A stretch of DNA of 64,000 nt. Origin: Nitrospinales bacterium. GTDB lineage: Bacteria; Nitrospinota; Nitrospinia; Nitrospinales; VA-1. Where the stretch lies: assembly GCA_965223345.1 (NCBI GenBank), contig CBDCWG010000012.1:3072001-3136000 (forward strand), written 5' to 3'. Below the pieces are notes generated by a model, which was not told the origin of the DNA, made no database searches, and saw only the letters and a program-made list of their open reading frames with translations. The number at the start of each line of letters is the position of its first letter. Position 1 is the first letter of the stretch. Position numbers and translations under genes: made by a program. This document shows, piece by piece, positions 9,841 through 20,023 of the stretch.

Positions 9841-11280
9841 ATGGCAATGGAGATGAAGCTGAACCTGAAGATGAGCCAAAAGCTCGTCATGACTCCAATG
9901 CTGCAGCAGGCCATCAAGCTGCTCCCGCTGGCCCGTCTCGAACTCGCGCAACTGGTGCATCAGGAAATCACCGAAAACCCCGTCCTGGAGGAAATCATGG
10001 AGGGGGAGGAAGCGGAAACCGAGGAAACCGCCCCCGACGAAGTCCCGGAGCCGGCAGCGGAGGAGCCGCCGCCGGCCGAGGAAACACCGCCGGAAACGGC
10101 CACCACCGAACAGGAAGTCGATTGGGAAAGCTTCATCCAGAACAACATCGACTCCGGCAGCTCGGTGGAAAGCTACACCGAACGCCCTTCCATCGAAGCG
10201 ACTTACAAGAAAGAACCCTCCCTCCACGAACACCTGCAGGGTCAACTGGATCTGGCTCTGGATTCCGATCAGGATAAATTCATCGGCCAGTGCATCATCG
10301 GCAACATCCAGAACGACGGCTACCTGTGCGCCGATCTCGCCGAAATCGCAGAAATCGCCCAGGTCACCGAAGACGAGGTGTTCCGGATCCTCAAGGTCAT
10401 CCAGGCGTTCGATCCGATCGGGGTGGGGGCGCGGTCCCTCAAGGAGTGCCTGCTGATTCAGGCGCAGGCCCTGCCGGTGCGCAACCACCTGCTGGAATCG
10501 CTGATCGACACCTACCTGGACCGGCTGGAGGAGCGCAATTACCAGAAGATCGCCTCGGAACTCAAGGTTCCGATGGAAAAGATCATCGACACGGTGAAGC
10601 TGTTGCGGGAGTTGTCGCCGAAGCCGGGTGTGGGCTTCGCCAGCGACGGGATCGACTACGTGACGCCGGACATCATCGCGGTCAAGACCGAAAACGACTA
10701 CGACATCGCGCTCAACGACGACGGCATCCCGCGCATCCGGATCAACCCCTACTACCAGAATCTGCTGACCCAGACCAACGAAGGGCAGACGAAGGAGTAC
10801 CTTGAAAACAAATACCGTTCGGCAATGTGGCTGATAAAAAGCATTGACCAGAGGCGGCAAACCATTTACAAAGTTGGGAAAAGCATCATCAAGCTGCAGA
10901 AGGAATTTCTGGACAAGGGTTTGGCGTATCTCAAGCCCATGGTGCTCAAGGATGTGGCGCGGGATATCGAAATGCACGAATCCACGGTCAGCCGCATCAC
11001 GACGAATAAATACATCGACACCCCGCAGGGCATTTTTGAGCTGAAGTTCTTTTTCCACAGCGGCATCAAGTCGTACATGGGAAACAGCCTGTCCTCGGTG
11101 CGGGTGAAAAACATGATCAAGGAGGTCGTCGCCGCAGAGGATCCGAAAAAGCCGCTGACCGACGATGAAATGGTGCAGGTATTGATGCGGAAAAACGCGA
11201 AAATCGCGCGGCGCACCATCACCAAATACCGGAAAGAATTGAATATTCCTCCAGCCAGTAAGAGAAAAAAGTTGTATTGA
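9841..11280 (+). CDS. rpoN: RNA polymerase sigma-54 factor
   Basis: TPMLQQAIKLL region I, HESTVSR, and RpoN box ARRTITKYR. Confidence 0.98.
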   Translation: MAMEMKLNLKMSQKLVMTPMLQQAIKLLPLARLELAQLVHQEITENPVLEEIMEGEEAETEETAPDEVPEPAAEEPPPAEETPPETATTEQEVDWESFIQNNIDSGSSVESYTERPSIEATYKKEPSLHEHLQGQLDLALDSDQDKFIGQCIIGNIQNDGYLCADLAEIAEIAQVTEDEVFRILKVIQAFDPIGVGARSLKECLLIQAQALPVRNHLLESLIDTYLDRLEERNYQKIASELKVPMEKIIDTVKLLRELSPKPGVGFASDGIDYVTPDIIAVKTENDYDIALNDDGIPRIRINPYYQNLLTQTNEGQTKEYLENKYRSAMWLIKSIDQRRQTIYKVGKSIIKLQKEFLDKGLAYLKPMVLKDVARDIEMHESTVSRITTNKYIDTPQGIFELKFFFHSGIKSYMGNSLSSVRVKNMIKEVVAAEDPKKPLTDDEMVQVLMRKNAKIARRTITKYRKELNIPPASKRKKLY

Positions 11281-11383
11281 ACCGGCAGTGTGGTTTGTAT
11301 GAATCTCTACTGAGTCCTCAAGCCCCGGGCGCCCCGAACCCTCTTTGTCCTGTCATCACGATCTGTAGATTTGGAGAAGAACC

Positions 11384-11713
11384 ATGAAATTGACTGTCAC
11401 CGGCCGGAAAATCGAAATCACCGAGGGGATCAAGGATCACCTGGAAAAAAAAATCGACAAAACCATGCACAACCTGGGCGAGACGGCGGACGTTCACGTG
11501 GCGCTGGCGGTTGAAAAACATCGGCACTTCGCCGAAGTGACCGTCAAAACGAAAGGGTTCACGGTGCACAGCCAGGAAGAGACCGACGACCTGTACACCG
11601 CGATGGACACGGCGCTCGACAAAATCGAAAAGCAGCTGCGCAAGCACAAATCCCGAGCGAAAGACCTGAGAATCAAACAGGGCGCCGCCGAGAAGAACCG
11701 ACTTCAGGAATAA
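11384..11713 (+). CDS. hpf: Ribosome hibernation promoting factor (HPF/RaiA, short form)
   Basis: DLYTAMD..LDKIEKQLRKHK motif, directly after rpoN. Confidence 0.93.
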   Translation: MKLTVTGRKIEITEGIKDHLEKKIDKTMHNLGETADVHVALAVEKHRHFAEVTVKTKGFTVHSQEETDDLYTAMDTALDKIEKQLRKHKSRAKDLRIKQGAAEKNRLQE

Positions 11714-11739
11714 TCCCCCTTTCGACCGCCCCCCGCCTC

Positions 11740-12204
11740 ATGAAACTGACAGATATTCTGAAAAAGGAATTCATCATCGCCGACCTCAAGGGTAAGGACA
11801 AAACGAGCGTCCTCGACGAGTTGACCGGCTTTCTCAAAGACCACCAGGCCATCGGGGACAAGGACGCCCTGCAATCGGCGCTCATCGACCGGGAAAAACT
11901 GGGGAGCACGGGCATCGGCGAGAACGTCGCCATCCCGCATGCGAAGTCGGGAGAGGTCGATCAGATTCTCACCCTGTTCGGGCGTTCCGTGGAGGGGATC
12001 GATTTCGACTCGCTGGACAAAAAACCGGTGCATTTCGTCTGCCTGGTCATCGCGCCGACGCAGTCCACGGGGCATCATTTGAAAGCGCTGGCGCGGATTT
12101 CCCGCCTGCTGAAGGTGGAAAGCCTGCGCAGCGACATTTTACAGGCTGAAAACGCAGAACGGATTTATTCCGTTCTGGTAGAGGAAGATTCCAAGTTCAT
12201 CTGA
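11740..12204 (+). CDS. ptsN: PTS IIA(Ntr)-like protein
   Basis: REKLGSTGIG..VAIPHA, FDSLD.KPV and HLKALARISR motifs. Confidence 0.92.
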   Translation: MKLTDILKKEFIIADLKGKDKTSVLDELTGFLKDHQAIGDKDALQSALIDREKLGSTGIGENVAIPHAKSGEVDQILTLFGRSVEGIDFDSLDKKPVHFVCLVIAPTQSTGHHLKALARISRLLKVESLRSDILQAENAERIYSVLVEEDSKFI

Positions 12205-12283
12205 GACCGGCAGGGGAAACCGCCGGCCGGGCTTTCCCGCTTCGTTGCGCCGGGTCTCAAGCTTCGCCCATTCAGGAGAACGC

Positions 12284-14071
12284 GTGTTAGAAGGAATTCC
12301 ATTAGCAAAAGGCGTGGCCATCGGCAAAGCCTACCTGCTGGACCGCACCAAGTTCTGCATCCTGAAACGCAAGCTTGCGGAGGAGGAAGTCGAGGGCGAG
12401 ATCCGCAGGTTCCGCGACGCGATCGAAATGGCCAAGCAGCAGATGCAGGAGATCAAGAAGCGTGCCAGCAAGGTCGCGGACAAGTACGCGGTCATCCTCG
12501 ACACCTACACCCTGCTGCTGGAAGACGAGATCCTGGTGCGCGACACGATCGAAAACATCCGCCGGGAACGGTTGAACGCGGAATGGGCGCTGAGCGAGAC
12601 GCACCAGAAATTCACCCACCTGTTCAACAACATCAACGACGACTACTTAAAGGGCAAGAAAGACGACCTGGATCTCGTGGTGCAGGGGGTGATCCGCAAC
12701 CTCATCGGCCACAGCCAGGAATCGCTTTCGGACATCGAGGAACCGGTCATCCTGGTCTCGCACGCGCTGAGCCCGTCGGACACCATCGCCATGCCCAAGA
12801 ATTTCGTGCTCGGCATGGCCACGGAGGTGGGCGGCAAAACCTCTCACGTGGCCATCTTCGCCTCGGCGCTGGGCATTCCCGCGGTCGGCGGCATCCGCGA
12901 ACTCACCTCCAAGATCAACACCGGTGATACGATCATCATCGACGGCATCGAAGGCCGGGTGATTTTGAGCCCGTCCGAGAAGCAGCTCGCGCATTACCGG
13001 AAAAAGCAGAAGAACTACCATCAGTACGAACAGAAACTGCTGGAAAACATCCACAAACCGGCCAGGACGCTGGACGGCGAGGAAATCAAGCTGCTCGCCA
13101 ACATCGAATCGCCGCACGAGATCAAATCGCTGCGCAAATACGGCGCCGAAGGGATCGGCCTGTACCGGACGGAGTTTCTGTATCTGCTGCCGCAGGCGCT
13201 GCCCTCGGAAAACGATCTGTACGAGACCTTCAAAAAGGTCGCGCAGGGCATGGACCCGATGCCGGTGGTCATCCGCACACTCGACATCGGCATGGACAAA
13301 AACCTCGCGGACCTGGAACGCGACGATGAAAACAACCCGGCGCTGGGAATGCGCGGCATCCGCCTGTCCCTGCACTCGCCGGAGATTTTCATGATCCAGT
13401 TGAAAGCCATCCTGCGGGCGAGCCTGTACGGCAACGTCCGCATCCTGTATCCGATGATCTCCTCGACGGAAGAGATCGTGCAGGCCAACAGGCTGCTGGA
13501 AAAAGCGAAAGAGGATCTCAGGAAGCAGCAGATCCCCTTCCACGAGGACATCGAAGTGGGTGCCATGGTCGAAACGCCGGCGGCGGCGCTGTGCGTCGAG
13601 CATCTGCTTAAGGAGGTCGATTTCATCAGCATCGGCACCAACGACCTGATCCAGTATCTGCTGGCGGTGGACCGCACCAATGAAAACCTGGCGCACCTGT
13701 ATCAACCGCTGCATCCCTCTGTGCTCAAGACGCTGCAGGCGGTGCTGCGCGCCACCCGGGATTCGGGCAAGGAGGTTTCCATCTGCGGCGAGCTGGGAGG
13801 CGACCCGATGGCCACGATGCTGCTTCTGGGCCTGGGGCATCTCGACGAGCTGAGCATGGAACCGCACGCCATCCCGAAAGTGAAGAAAGTGATCCGCAGG
13901 ATCACGCTGGACGACGCCCGCAAAATGGCGGACCACGTGCTGGGCCTGTCCTCGCTGGAGGACATCAACCGGTACGTCAACGAAGAAATGCGATCGCGTT
14001 TTCCTTCCGATTTCGACCGCGACACGGACTTCGAAGAAAAACTGATTCCCACGCACAAAAACCCGATGTGA
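12284..14071 (+). CDS. ptsI: Phosphoenolpyruvate-protein phosphotransferase (enzyme I)
   Basis: GGKTSHVAI phospho-His, GIGLYRTEF, NPALGMRGIR, SIGTNDLIQY and ICGEL; GTG start after AGGAGA; no GAF domain. Confidence 0.93.
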   Translation: MLEGIPLAKGVAIGKAYLLDRTKFCILKRKLAEEEVEGEIRRFRDAIEMAKQQMQEIKKRASKVADKYAVILDTYTLLLEDEILVRDTIENIRRERLNAEWALSETHQKFTHLFNNINDDYLKGKKDDLDLVVQGVIRNLIGHSQESLSDIEEPVILVSHALSPSDTIAMPKNFVLGMATEVGGKTSHVAIFASALGIPAVGGIRELTSKINTGDTIIIDGIEGRVILSPSEKQLAHYRKKQKNYHQYEQKLLENIHKPARTLDGEEIKLLANIESPHEIKSLRKYGAEGIGLYRTEFLYLLPQALPSENDLYETFKKVAQGMDPMPVVIRTLDIGMDKNLADLERDDENNPALGMRGIRLSLHSPEIFMIQLKAILRASLYGNVRILYPMISSTEEIVQANRLLEKAKEDLRKQQIPFHEDIEVGAMVETPAAALCVEHLLKEVDFISIGTNDLIQYLLAVDRTNENLAHLYQPLHPSVLKTLQAVLRATRDSGKEVSICGELGGDPMATMLLLGLGHLDELSMEPHAIPKVKKVIRRITLDDARKMADHVLGLSSLEDINRYVNEEMRSRFPSDFDRDTDFEEKLIPTHKNPM

Positions 14072-14226
14072 GTTTCGATGACGCCGACCGGAGCTTATGC
14101 CGCGCATCCTTTCGCTCCGGCCGGAAGTCCGCATCTGGTTTCACCGTATTGTCCATTCAGCCAACTTGAAAACGTGCACTCAAACTGCATGAAGATTCGA
14201 CCTTCAACCACGGGGGACCCCATTCT

Positions 14227-15390
14227 ATGAATCAAGGAAAATTCATTTTCACTTCGGAATCCGTCGGGGAGGGACATCCCGACAAAATCGCCGACCAGGT
14301 TTCCGACGGCATTCTCGACGCCATACTGGAAAAAGATCCCAAAGCCCGGGTGGCGTGCGAAACGATGATCACCACGGGTTTTGCGGTGGTGGGCGGCGAG
14401 ATCTCCGCCGACTGCTACATCGAAATTCCCCGGGTGGTGCGCAAGACCATCAAGGACATCGGCTACTCGCACTCGGAGATGGGCTTCGATTTTGAAACCT
14501 GCGGCGTCCTCGTGGCGCTGGACGAACAGTCCGCGGACATCGCGCGCGGTGTGGACGATTCGGATAAAAAGGAACAGGGTGCGGGCGACCAGGGCCTGAT
14601 GTTCGGCTACGCGTCCAATGAAACCAAGGAAGTGATGCCCATGCCGATCATGTACGCGCACAAGCTGGTGCGGCGGCTGGCGGAGCTGAGAAAAAAGGGC
14701 ACCCTGCCCTACCTGCGGCCGGACAGCAAGTCCCAGGTTTCCATTCAGTATGAAAACCAGAAACCGGTCTGCGTGGACACGGTGGTCATCTCCACCCAGC
14801 ACGACGCGAATGTGAAGAACAAGCAGCTTCGGGGCGAGATCACCGAACAGGTGATCAACAAGGTGATCCCGGAAAAACTGCGCGCCAAGAAGATGAAGGT
14901 CCACATCAACCCCACCGGGCGTTTCGTGGTGGGCGGCCCGAACGGGGACTGCGGCCTGACGGGACGCAAGATCATCGTGGACACCTACGGCGGCTTTTCC
15001 CGCCACGGCGGCGGCGCGTTTTCCGGCAAGGACCCCTCCAAGGTGGACCGGTCCGCCGCATACATGGCGCGCTACATCGCCAAGAACCTGGTGACCGCAA
15101 AGATCGCCGACCGCTGCGAGGTGCAGCTCGCCTATGCCATCGGCGTTGCGGACCCGGTTTCGGTGTTCGTCGAAACGTTCGAAACCTGCAAGGTCAACCC
15201 GGACATCCTGGAGGACCTTGTACGCTCCCACTTCGACCTGAAACCGGCGGGGATCATCAAATCGCTGGACCTTTTGAAACCGCGCTACAGCAACACCGCG
15301 GCATACGGGCATTTCGGCCGCACCGAAAAGGAATTCACCTGGGAGAAAACCGACAAGGCGGCGGCGCTCAAAAAAGACGCGGGCTTGTGA
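14227..15390 (+). CDS. metK: S-adenosylmethionine synthase
   Basis: [19 protein letters not shown] and [16 protein letters not shown] motifs. Confidence 0.98.
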   Translation: MNQGKFIFTSESVGEGHPDKIADQVSDGILDAILEKDPKARVACETMITTGFAVVGGEISADCYIEIPRVVRKTIKDIGYSHSEMGFDFETCGVLVALDEQSADIARGVDDSDKKEQGAGDQGLMFGYASNETKEVMPMPIMYAHKLVRRLAELRKKGTLPYLRPDSKSQVSIQYENQKPVCVDTVVISTQHDANVKNKQLRGEITEQVINKVIPEKLRAKKMKVHINPTGRFVVGGPNGDCGLTGRKIIVDTYGGFSRHGGGAFSGKDPSKVDRSAAYMARYIAKNLVTAKIADRCEVQLAYAIGVADPVSVFVETFETCKVNPDILEDLVRSHFDLKPAGIIKSLDLLKPRYSNTAAYGHFGRTEKEFTWEKTDKAAALKKDAGL

Positions 15391-15438
15391 TCTCAGATTT
15401 TCAGGGGATGGTTGGACAGCGGGAAGGGAGCGTGCGGC

Positions 15439-15825
15439 TCAGCAGCCGACGGTGTTCATGACTTTCTTGATGCGGGCGTCCAGTTCCTCGGGCTCGATCG
15501 GCTTGACCATGTACTGATCGATGCCCAGCTTCATGGCTTTCATGACCTGCTCTTTCTCGGTCTCGACGGTGAGGAGCACAAACGGGATCTTTCGCAGGAT
15601 GGCGCCGTTTTTGATGGCCTTGAAAAACTCCAGGCCGTCCATCTGCGGCATGTGCCAGTCGGAAATGACCAGATCGATCTCCTGGTTGTTGATGATCGCA
15701 AGCGCCTTGCTGGCGGCGTCCGTCACGGTCACGTCCATATATCCGAGCTTCTTCAGGGTGCGTTTGAGGAGCAGGCGCGTGCCGGCCTCGTCCTCCACGA
15801 CCAGGATTTTGATGTGCTGGTTCAT
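15439..15825 (-). CDS. Single-domain response regulator (CheY-like)
   Basis: ILVVED, ISDWHMPQMDG, LLT and YMVKP; GGGGAGG RBS. Confidence 0.9.
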   Translation of the reverse strand: MNQHIKILVVEDEAGTRLLLKRTLKKLGYMDVTVTDAASKALAIINNQEIDLVISDWHMPQMDGLEFFKAIKNGAILRKIPFVLLTVETEKEQVMKAMKLGIDQYMVKPIEPEELDARIKKVMNTVGC

Positions 15826-16006
15826 GCTTTCCTCCCCATTCCGACAGGATGGGCCGACTGCAGCCCACCTATGAAGAATATCCCATAACTTATTGAAAAA
15901 CAATAAGTATTTTAATTATCCCCATCCCGGATCGGGGCGATTTGAAAGGCCCTGTAAAACCGGATTTTGACGGCCGGACGATTCGGCCCTTTTCAGGCAG
16001 GCAACC

Positions 16007-17038
16007 ATGATCCGAGTCGGCGTCATCGGAGCGGGGGAAAACACCCGCAAACGGCACCTCCCCAACCTAAAGGCGATTTCCGGCGTTCAAATCGTGGAAG
16101 TGGCCAACCGCTCCCTGGAATCCTCGCAAAAGGCCGCAGAGGCCTTTGACATCCCGCACGTACGCGGCAGCTGGCAGGAAGTGGCGGCTTCGCCGGACAA
16201 CGACGCCGTGCTGATCGGCACCTGGCCCTACCTGCACTGCCCGGCCGCCTGCCTGGCGCTGAAATCGGGCAAGCACGTGCTCTGCGAAGCGCGCATGGCG
16301 ATGGACGCGGAAGAGGCCCGGACCATGCTGGACACGGCGCAGCGCTACCCGGACCGGGTGGCGCAGCTGGTCCCGGCGCCGTTCACGTTCGGGCTGGACG
16401 CCACGATCAAGGATCACATCGAATCGCGGGCGCTCGGGCGTCTGTTGTACTTCCAGGCGGAGTACCAGTCCGCCTCGCTCGCCTCCCCCACCAGCGCGCT
16501 GCACTGGCGGCGCAACAAGAACTTTTCCGGCCTCAACGTCATGGTCCTCGGCATCGTGTACGAATCGCTGCTGCGCTGGCTGCCGCCGGCGCGCTGGGTG
16601 ACCAGCCACGCGCACGTGTTCAACGACACGGCCATCGACCCGGTGACGGCGGGCCGCGCCGAAGTGGAGGTGCCCGACTACCTGTCGGTGCAGATGCAGC
16701 TGGAGAACGGCATGCTGGGATCGATGCTGATCAGCGAAGCCGGGCAGTTCGGCGGCACGCCGAAAGTGCGCATCTTCGGCGAGCGCGGCACGCTGGAGCT
16801 GGAATTCACACCCGGCGGCCGCCTGTGGTTCGGCACGCGCGAGTCCGGGGAGATGCAAGAGGTGGAGATCCCCAAGGAAAAGCAAGGAGTGTGGCGGGTC
16901 GAGGAAGAGTTCATCGGCGCGATCCGCGGCGAAGAGGAAATCAAGCTCACCACCTTCGAGACCGGCGTGCAGTACATGCAGTTCACGCAGGCCGTGCACG
17001 ACAGCTGGCAGAGCGGTGGTAATAGGGTGACGGTGTAG
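16007..17038 (+). CDS. Gfo/Idh/MocA family oxidoreductase
   Basis: RVGVIGAG Rossmann motif and GKHVLCEARMA. Confidence 0.88.
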   Translation: MIRVGVIGAGENTRKRHLPNLKAISGVQIVEVANRSLESSQKAAEAFDIPHVRGSWQEVAASPDNDAVLIGTWPYLHCPAACLALKSGKHVLCEARMAMDAEEARTMLDTAQRYPDRVAQLVPAPFTFGLDATIKDHIESRALGRLLYFQAEYQSASLASPTSALHWRRNKNFSGLNVMVLGIVYESLLRWLPPARWVTSHAHVFNDTAIDPVTAGRAEVEVPDYLSVQMQLENGMLGSMLISEAGQFGGTPKVRIFGERGTLELEFTPGGRLWFGTRESGEMQEVEIPKEKQGVWRVEEEFIGAIRGEEEIKLTTFETGVQYMQFTQAVHDSWQSGGNRVTV

Positions 17039-17124
17039 CTGAGAAAAAGATCAGACAGGATGACAGGATAAAAGTGAAAAGATGGCTGCTATAAAAGCAA
17101 AGATGAGATGAGTAACAGGCAGAA

Positions 17125-17175
17125 TGTCACCCTGAGCCCTTCGGCAAGCTCAGGGCAGGCGCTGTCGAAGGGTGA
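17125..17175 (+). repeat. REP-like palindromic element, long copy 1
   Basis: TGTCACCCTGAGCCCTTCGGCAAGCTCAGGGCAGGCGCTGTCGAAGGGTGA; 49/51 identical to 18294-18344. Confidence 0.85.
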
Positions 17176-17246
17176 ACCTGTCACAGCACAACGGATGATG
17201 CTGCCCTCGCCCCTTACGCCCCCAATACTTCGCCCTCACTAGATTC

Positions 17247-17975
17247 ATGAAAATCAGAAACCTGCATTCGTGGGAGGTGACCGGAGCAGAGGCGCGCGAG
17301 CTGCAAACCAAGCTCGCGCCGCAAGTGCTGGTGAGCGGCGGCAAAAAAATACCTAAGATCGTCGCCGGCTGCGACATCGGCCTCACCAAAACCACCGCCT
17401 ACGCCGGCGTCGTCCTGCTGGCGTTTCCCGAGCTGGAAGTGATCGACACCTTCACGCTCTCAGGTCCCATCACCTTCCCCTACATCCCCGGTCTCTTGTC
17501 GTTTCGCGAAGCACCGCTGCTGCTGGAGCTGTTCCGCACCGTGACACCGGATCCGGACCTGATCTTTTTCGACGGCCAGGGCATCGCGCATCCCAGGCGG
17601 TTCGGCCTCGCCTGCCACATGGGGCTGTTTCTCGACGCGCCGACGATCGGCTGCGCCAAGAGCCGCCTCACCGGAGAACACGACGAACCGGGTTCCACAC
17701 GCGGCGATCACGCATCGTTGCGGGATCAGAAAGGCGACGTGCTGGGTGCGGCTCTGCGCACGAAAGACAACTGCAAACCCGTATACGTCTCGGTCGGGCA
17801 CCGGATCGATCTCGACACGGCCATCGAACGCACCCTGCAATGCGGCAAGGGCTACCGCATCCCCGAACCCACCCGCCTGGCACACAACCTCGTCACAGCG
17901 CTGAGGAAAGAGGCTCAGAGAAAAGGAGAAATAAATGAAGGTCAGAATCGGGAGAAAAGATCTGGCGGTTTATGA
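17247..17975 (+). CDS. nfi: Endonuclease V (deoxyinosine 3' endonuclease)
   Basis: FPYIPGLLSFRE, DGQGIAHPRRFGLACH, IGCAKS and YRIPEPTRLAH motifs. Confidence 0.95.
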   Translation: MKIRNLHSWEVTGAEARELQTKLAPQVLVSGGKKIPKIVAGCDIGLTKTTAYAGVVLLAFPELEVIDTFTLSGPITFPYIPGLLSFREAPLLLELFRTVTPDPDLIFFDGQGIAHPRRFGLACHMGLFLDAPTIGCAKSRLTGEHDEPGSTRGDHASLRDQKGDVLGAALRTKDNCKPVYVSVGHRIDLDTAIERTLQCGKGYRIPEPTRLAHNLVTALRKEAQRKGEINEGQNREKRSGGL

Positions 17976-18285
17976 AGTGGTGAAACGTTTTGAACTGGAT
18001 TTACTGGAATTCGCAGATGAAGCGACACCCGCGATTGCATTTGTGATCGAGATCCTAAAAAGCACTGAAGACAATGGAAAATTTTCCGCAAAAGTTTATC
18101 GGCGGGATTCCTATTCCATTTCTCCGAGCAATTATTCAGAGAGAAAGGTCATGCAATATAGCGATGAAGTTTTGACGGTCGAAGATAACTCCTGGCACGG
18201 TTTAACGGCTGACAGCTCAGACGCAATGCTGCAGAAGGTTTTGGATACGATTGAAAACCAATTGGGTGGGGATGGAACACAATGA
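17935..18285 (+). CDS. Hypothetical protein, AT-rich
   Basis: 116-aa ORF with AAGGAG RBS, overlapping the nfi 3' end by 41 nt. Confidence 0.65.
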   Translation: MKVRIGRKDLAVYEVVKRFELDLLEFADEATPAIAFVIEILKSTEDNGKFSAKVYRRDSYSISPSNYSERKVMQYSDEVLTVEDNSWHGLTADSSDAMLQKVLDTIENQLGGDGTQ

Positions 18286-18293
18286 AGTAGAAT

Positions 18294-18390
18294 TGTCACC
18301 CTGAGCCCTTCGGCAAACTCAGGACAGGCGCTGTCGAAGGGTGACCTTTTTAAATAATGGCGCTCATGCTTCGACAAGCTCAGCATGACA
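18294..18390. repeat. REP-like doublet (long copy 2 plus an inverted short copy)
   Basis: Long copy at 18294-18344; TCATGCTTCGACAAGCTCAGCATGACA at 18364-18390 in the opposite orientation. Confidence 0.85.
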
Positions 18391-18566
18391 GAGGTTGATA
18401 TTCACAGCCTCTCATCCCAACCTTCTCCCCATAGGGGAGAAGGGGTTTCTTCCTCTCCCCCTGAAGGGGCTTTGCGTTCTTTGCGCCTTCGAGGTGAAAT
18501 TTTTCTATCTCTTATTTTATCTCTCCGCCTTTCTTTGCGCCTTCGCGACTTTGCGTGAGGCCGCTT

Positions 18567-19322
18567 TCATTTATTTTTCAACTTTCGAGCAACCACCAGC
18601 CAGCCCGAACGGGCGTAGGTGGGTTCCACGCTCTCGACGGTGAAGCCTGCAGATTCGACTTCCTCTTGGATCTCCTGTTCGCTGTAACCGTGCATCGCAT
18701 CCTGCCGGATCTGGCGCTCGATGTATTTGAGCCCCAGGTGGTGGGTGAAGGGATGGATGACGTATTTCGCGATGCGGGCGGCGCGGCGGTTCTGTGATTC
18801 TTGCAGCATGCGGACGCTTTCTGCGAGAATGGTGCGGGAGCTGTATTCCTGCGACGGGTTGGCGAAGATGAGCGTGCCGCCGGGTTTGAGGACGCGGTGC
18901 AGGATTTCCAGCGCCTGTCTGCGTTTTTCACCGCCGCCGGGGATGGCGTAGACGGAAAAATGCGCCACCACCGCATCCACCGAATCGTCGCGCAGGGGCA
19001 AGGGACGGGTCAGGTCCGCAGGGACGGCGAGGACGTGGCTGGAGATACCCCATTCCGCGGCTTTGGCGCACACGCCGGTCAGGCCCTCGGGCAGGCGGTC
19101 CACACCGATCAGGCGCAGTCCCGCCTGCAATCGGTCCTTGAGGGCGGTCAGCAATTGGCCGGAGCCGCAGCCCGCATCGAGGACGATGAGCTTGTCGCCT
19201 GCGGGGATCTTTGCGGCGCAGGCGCGGATGGAGGCGCGGTACGCCTCGGGCGTCAGCAGGTCGTACAGCTTCGATCTGAAGCCGATTTTCCAGTAATTGC
19301 GTGCGTAAATTCCCGGTTTCAT
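18567..19322 (-). CDS. Class I SAM-dependent methyltransferase
   Basis: VLDAGCGSG, LPLRDDSVDAVV and RVLKPGG motifs. Confidence 0.9.
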   Translation of the reverse strand: MKPGIYARNYWKIGFRSKLYDLLTPEAYRASIRACAAKIPAGDKLIVLDAGCGSGQLLTALKDRLQAGLRLIGVDRLPEGLTGVCAKAAEWGISSHVLAVPADLTRPLPLRDDSVDAVVAHFSVYAIPGGGEKRRQALEILHRVLKPGGTLIFANPSQEYSSRTILAESVRMLQESQNRRAARIAKYVIHPFTHHLGLKYIERQIRQDAMHGYSEQEIQEEVESAGFTVESVEPTYARSGWLVVARKLKNK

Positions 19323-19353
19323 GGTGCCCGTTTCTTCTCCCCCCTCATCCCAA

Positions 19354-19380
19354 TCACCCTTCGACGGGCTCAGGGTGACA
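19354..19380 (-). repeat. REP-like short copy
   Basis: TCACCCTTCGACGGGCTCAGGGTGACA, same family as the 17125, 18294 and 18364 copies. Confidence 0.8.
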
Positions 19381-19539
19381 GCTTTCTGTGGGTATTTCTT
19401 CGCCTGGAAGACTCGCCGTCTGTCTTCCCATATCCCCCATCTTCCGCATGCAGATTTCGGTTTCTGGCATCTTGTCTGCCGGGGCCCGAGTGCCTATAAT
19501 ATTTTCGACGATTCAGAAACGCATCGGGAGAACGGATTC

Positions 19540-19977
19540 ATGGCCAAAAAGCCCTTCATCAATAAATACGGCTTTGTGGAATACCCTTTTTTACACGATC
19601 AGCGCAAGGGAAAAAACTGGTGGTTCTTCAATCTGCTGGAGGATTACCTGAAACGCCGCGCCCGCCAGAAGCACGGCCACGACTATACGCGGGAACAGAT
19701 GGACGAGGACATGTTCAGTTTCCTGCACGAGACCAATCTCAAGATTTTCGTGCTGCTTCCCTCAGGGATGGGCATGGAGTTCAAGCTGGTGGGCAAATTC
19801 ACGACGCCGGAGATGATCGAGGTGGAGGACCCGGTGCCGGTGATCGAGGAAAAATACGGCGGCGGCAAGTTCAAGGTCAATATCTACCACAACGGCACCT
19901 TTGCCGGCACGGAAAACTACAAGACGCACGGCGATCCCAAATGGGTGGAAATCGAGGACGACAACCCGACGGGGTGA
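19540..19977 (+). CDS. Hypothetical protein
   Basis: MAKKPFINKYG start after GGGAG RBS; TATAAT at 19495-19500; strong codon bias. Confidence 0.75.
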   Translation: MAKKPFINKYGFVEYPFLHDQRKGKNWWFFNLLEDYLKRRARQKHGHDYTREQMDEDMFSFLHETNLKIFVLLPSGMGMEFKLVGKFTTPEMIEVEDPVPVIEEKYGGGKFKVNIYHNGTFAGTENYKTHGDPKWVEIEDDNPTG

Positions 19978-20023
19978 CCCCGCCCGCCTGGGCATGACCG
20001 CAATCAACGCAGTTCGTACGGTC

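Noticed and set aside
14072..14226. SAM riboswitch upstream of metK
   Set aside because: No SAM-I/II consensus elements recognisable
17125..19380. CRISPR array
   Set aside because: Repeats are irregularly spaced, in both orientations, separated by genes, and no cas genes are present
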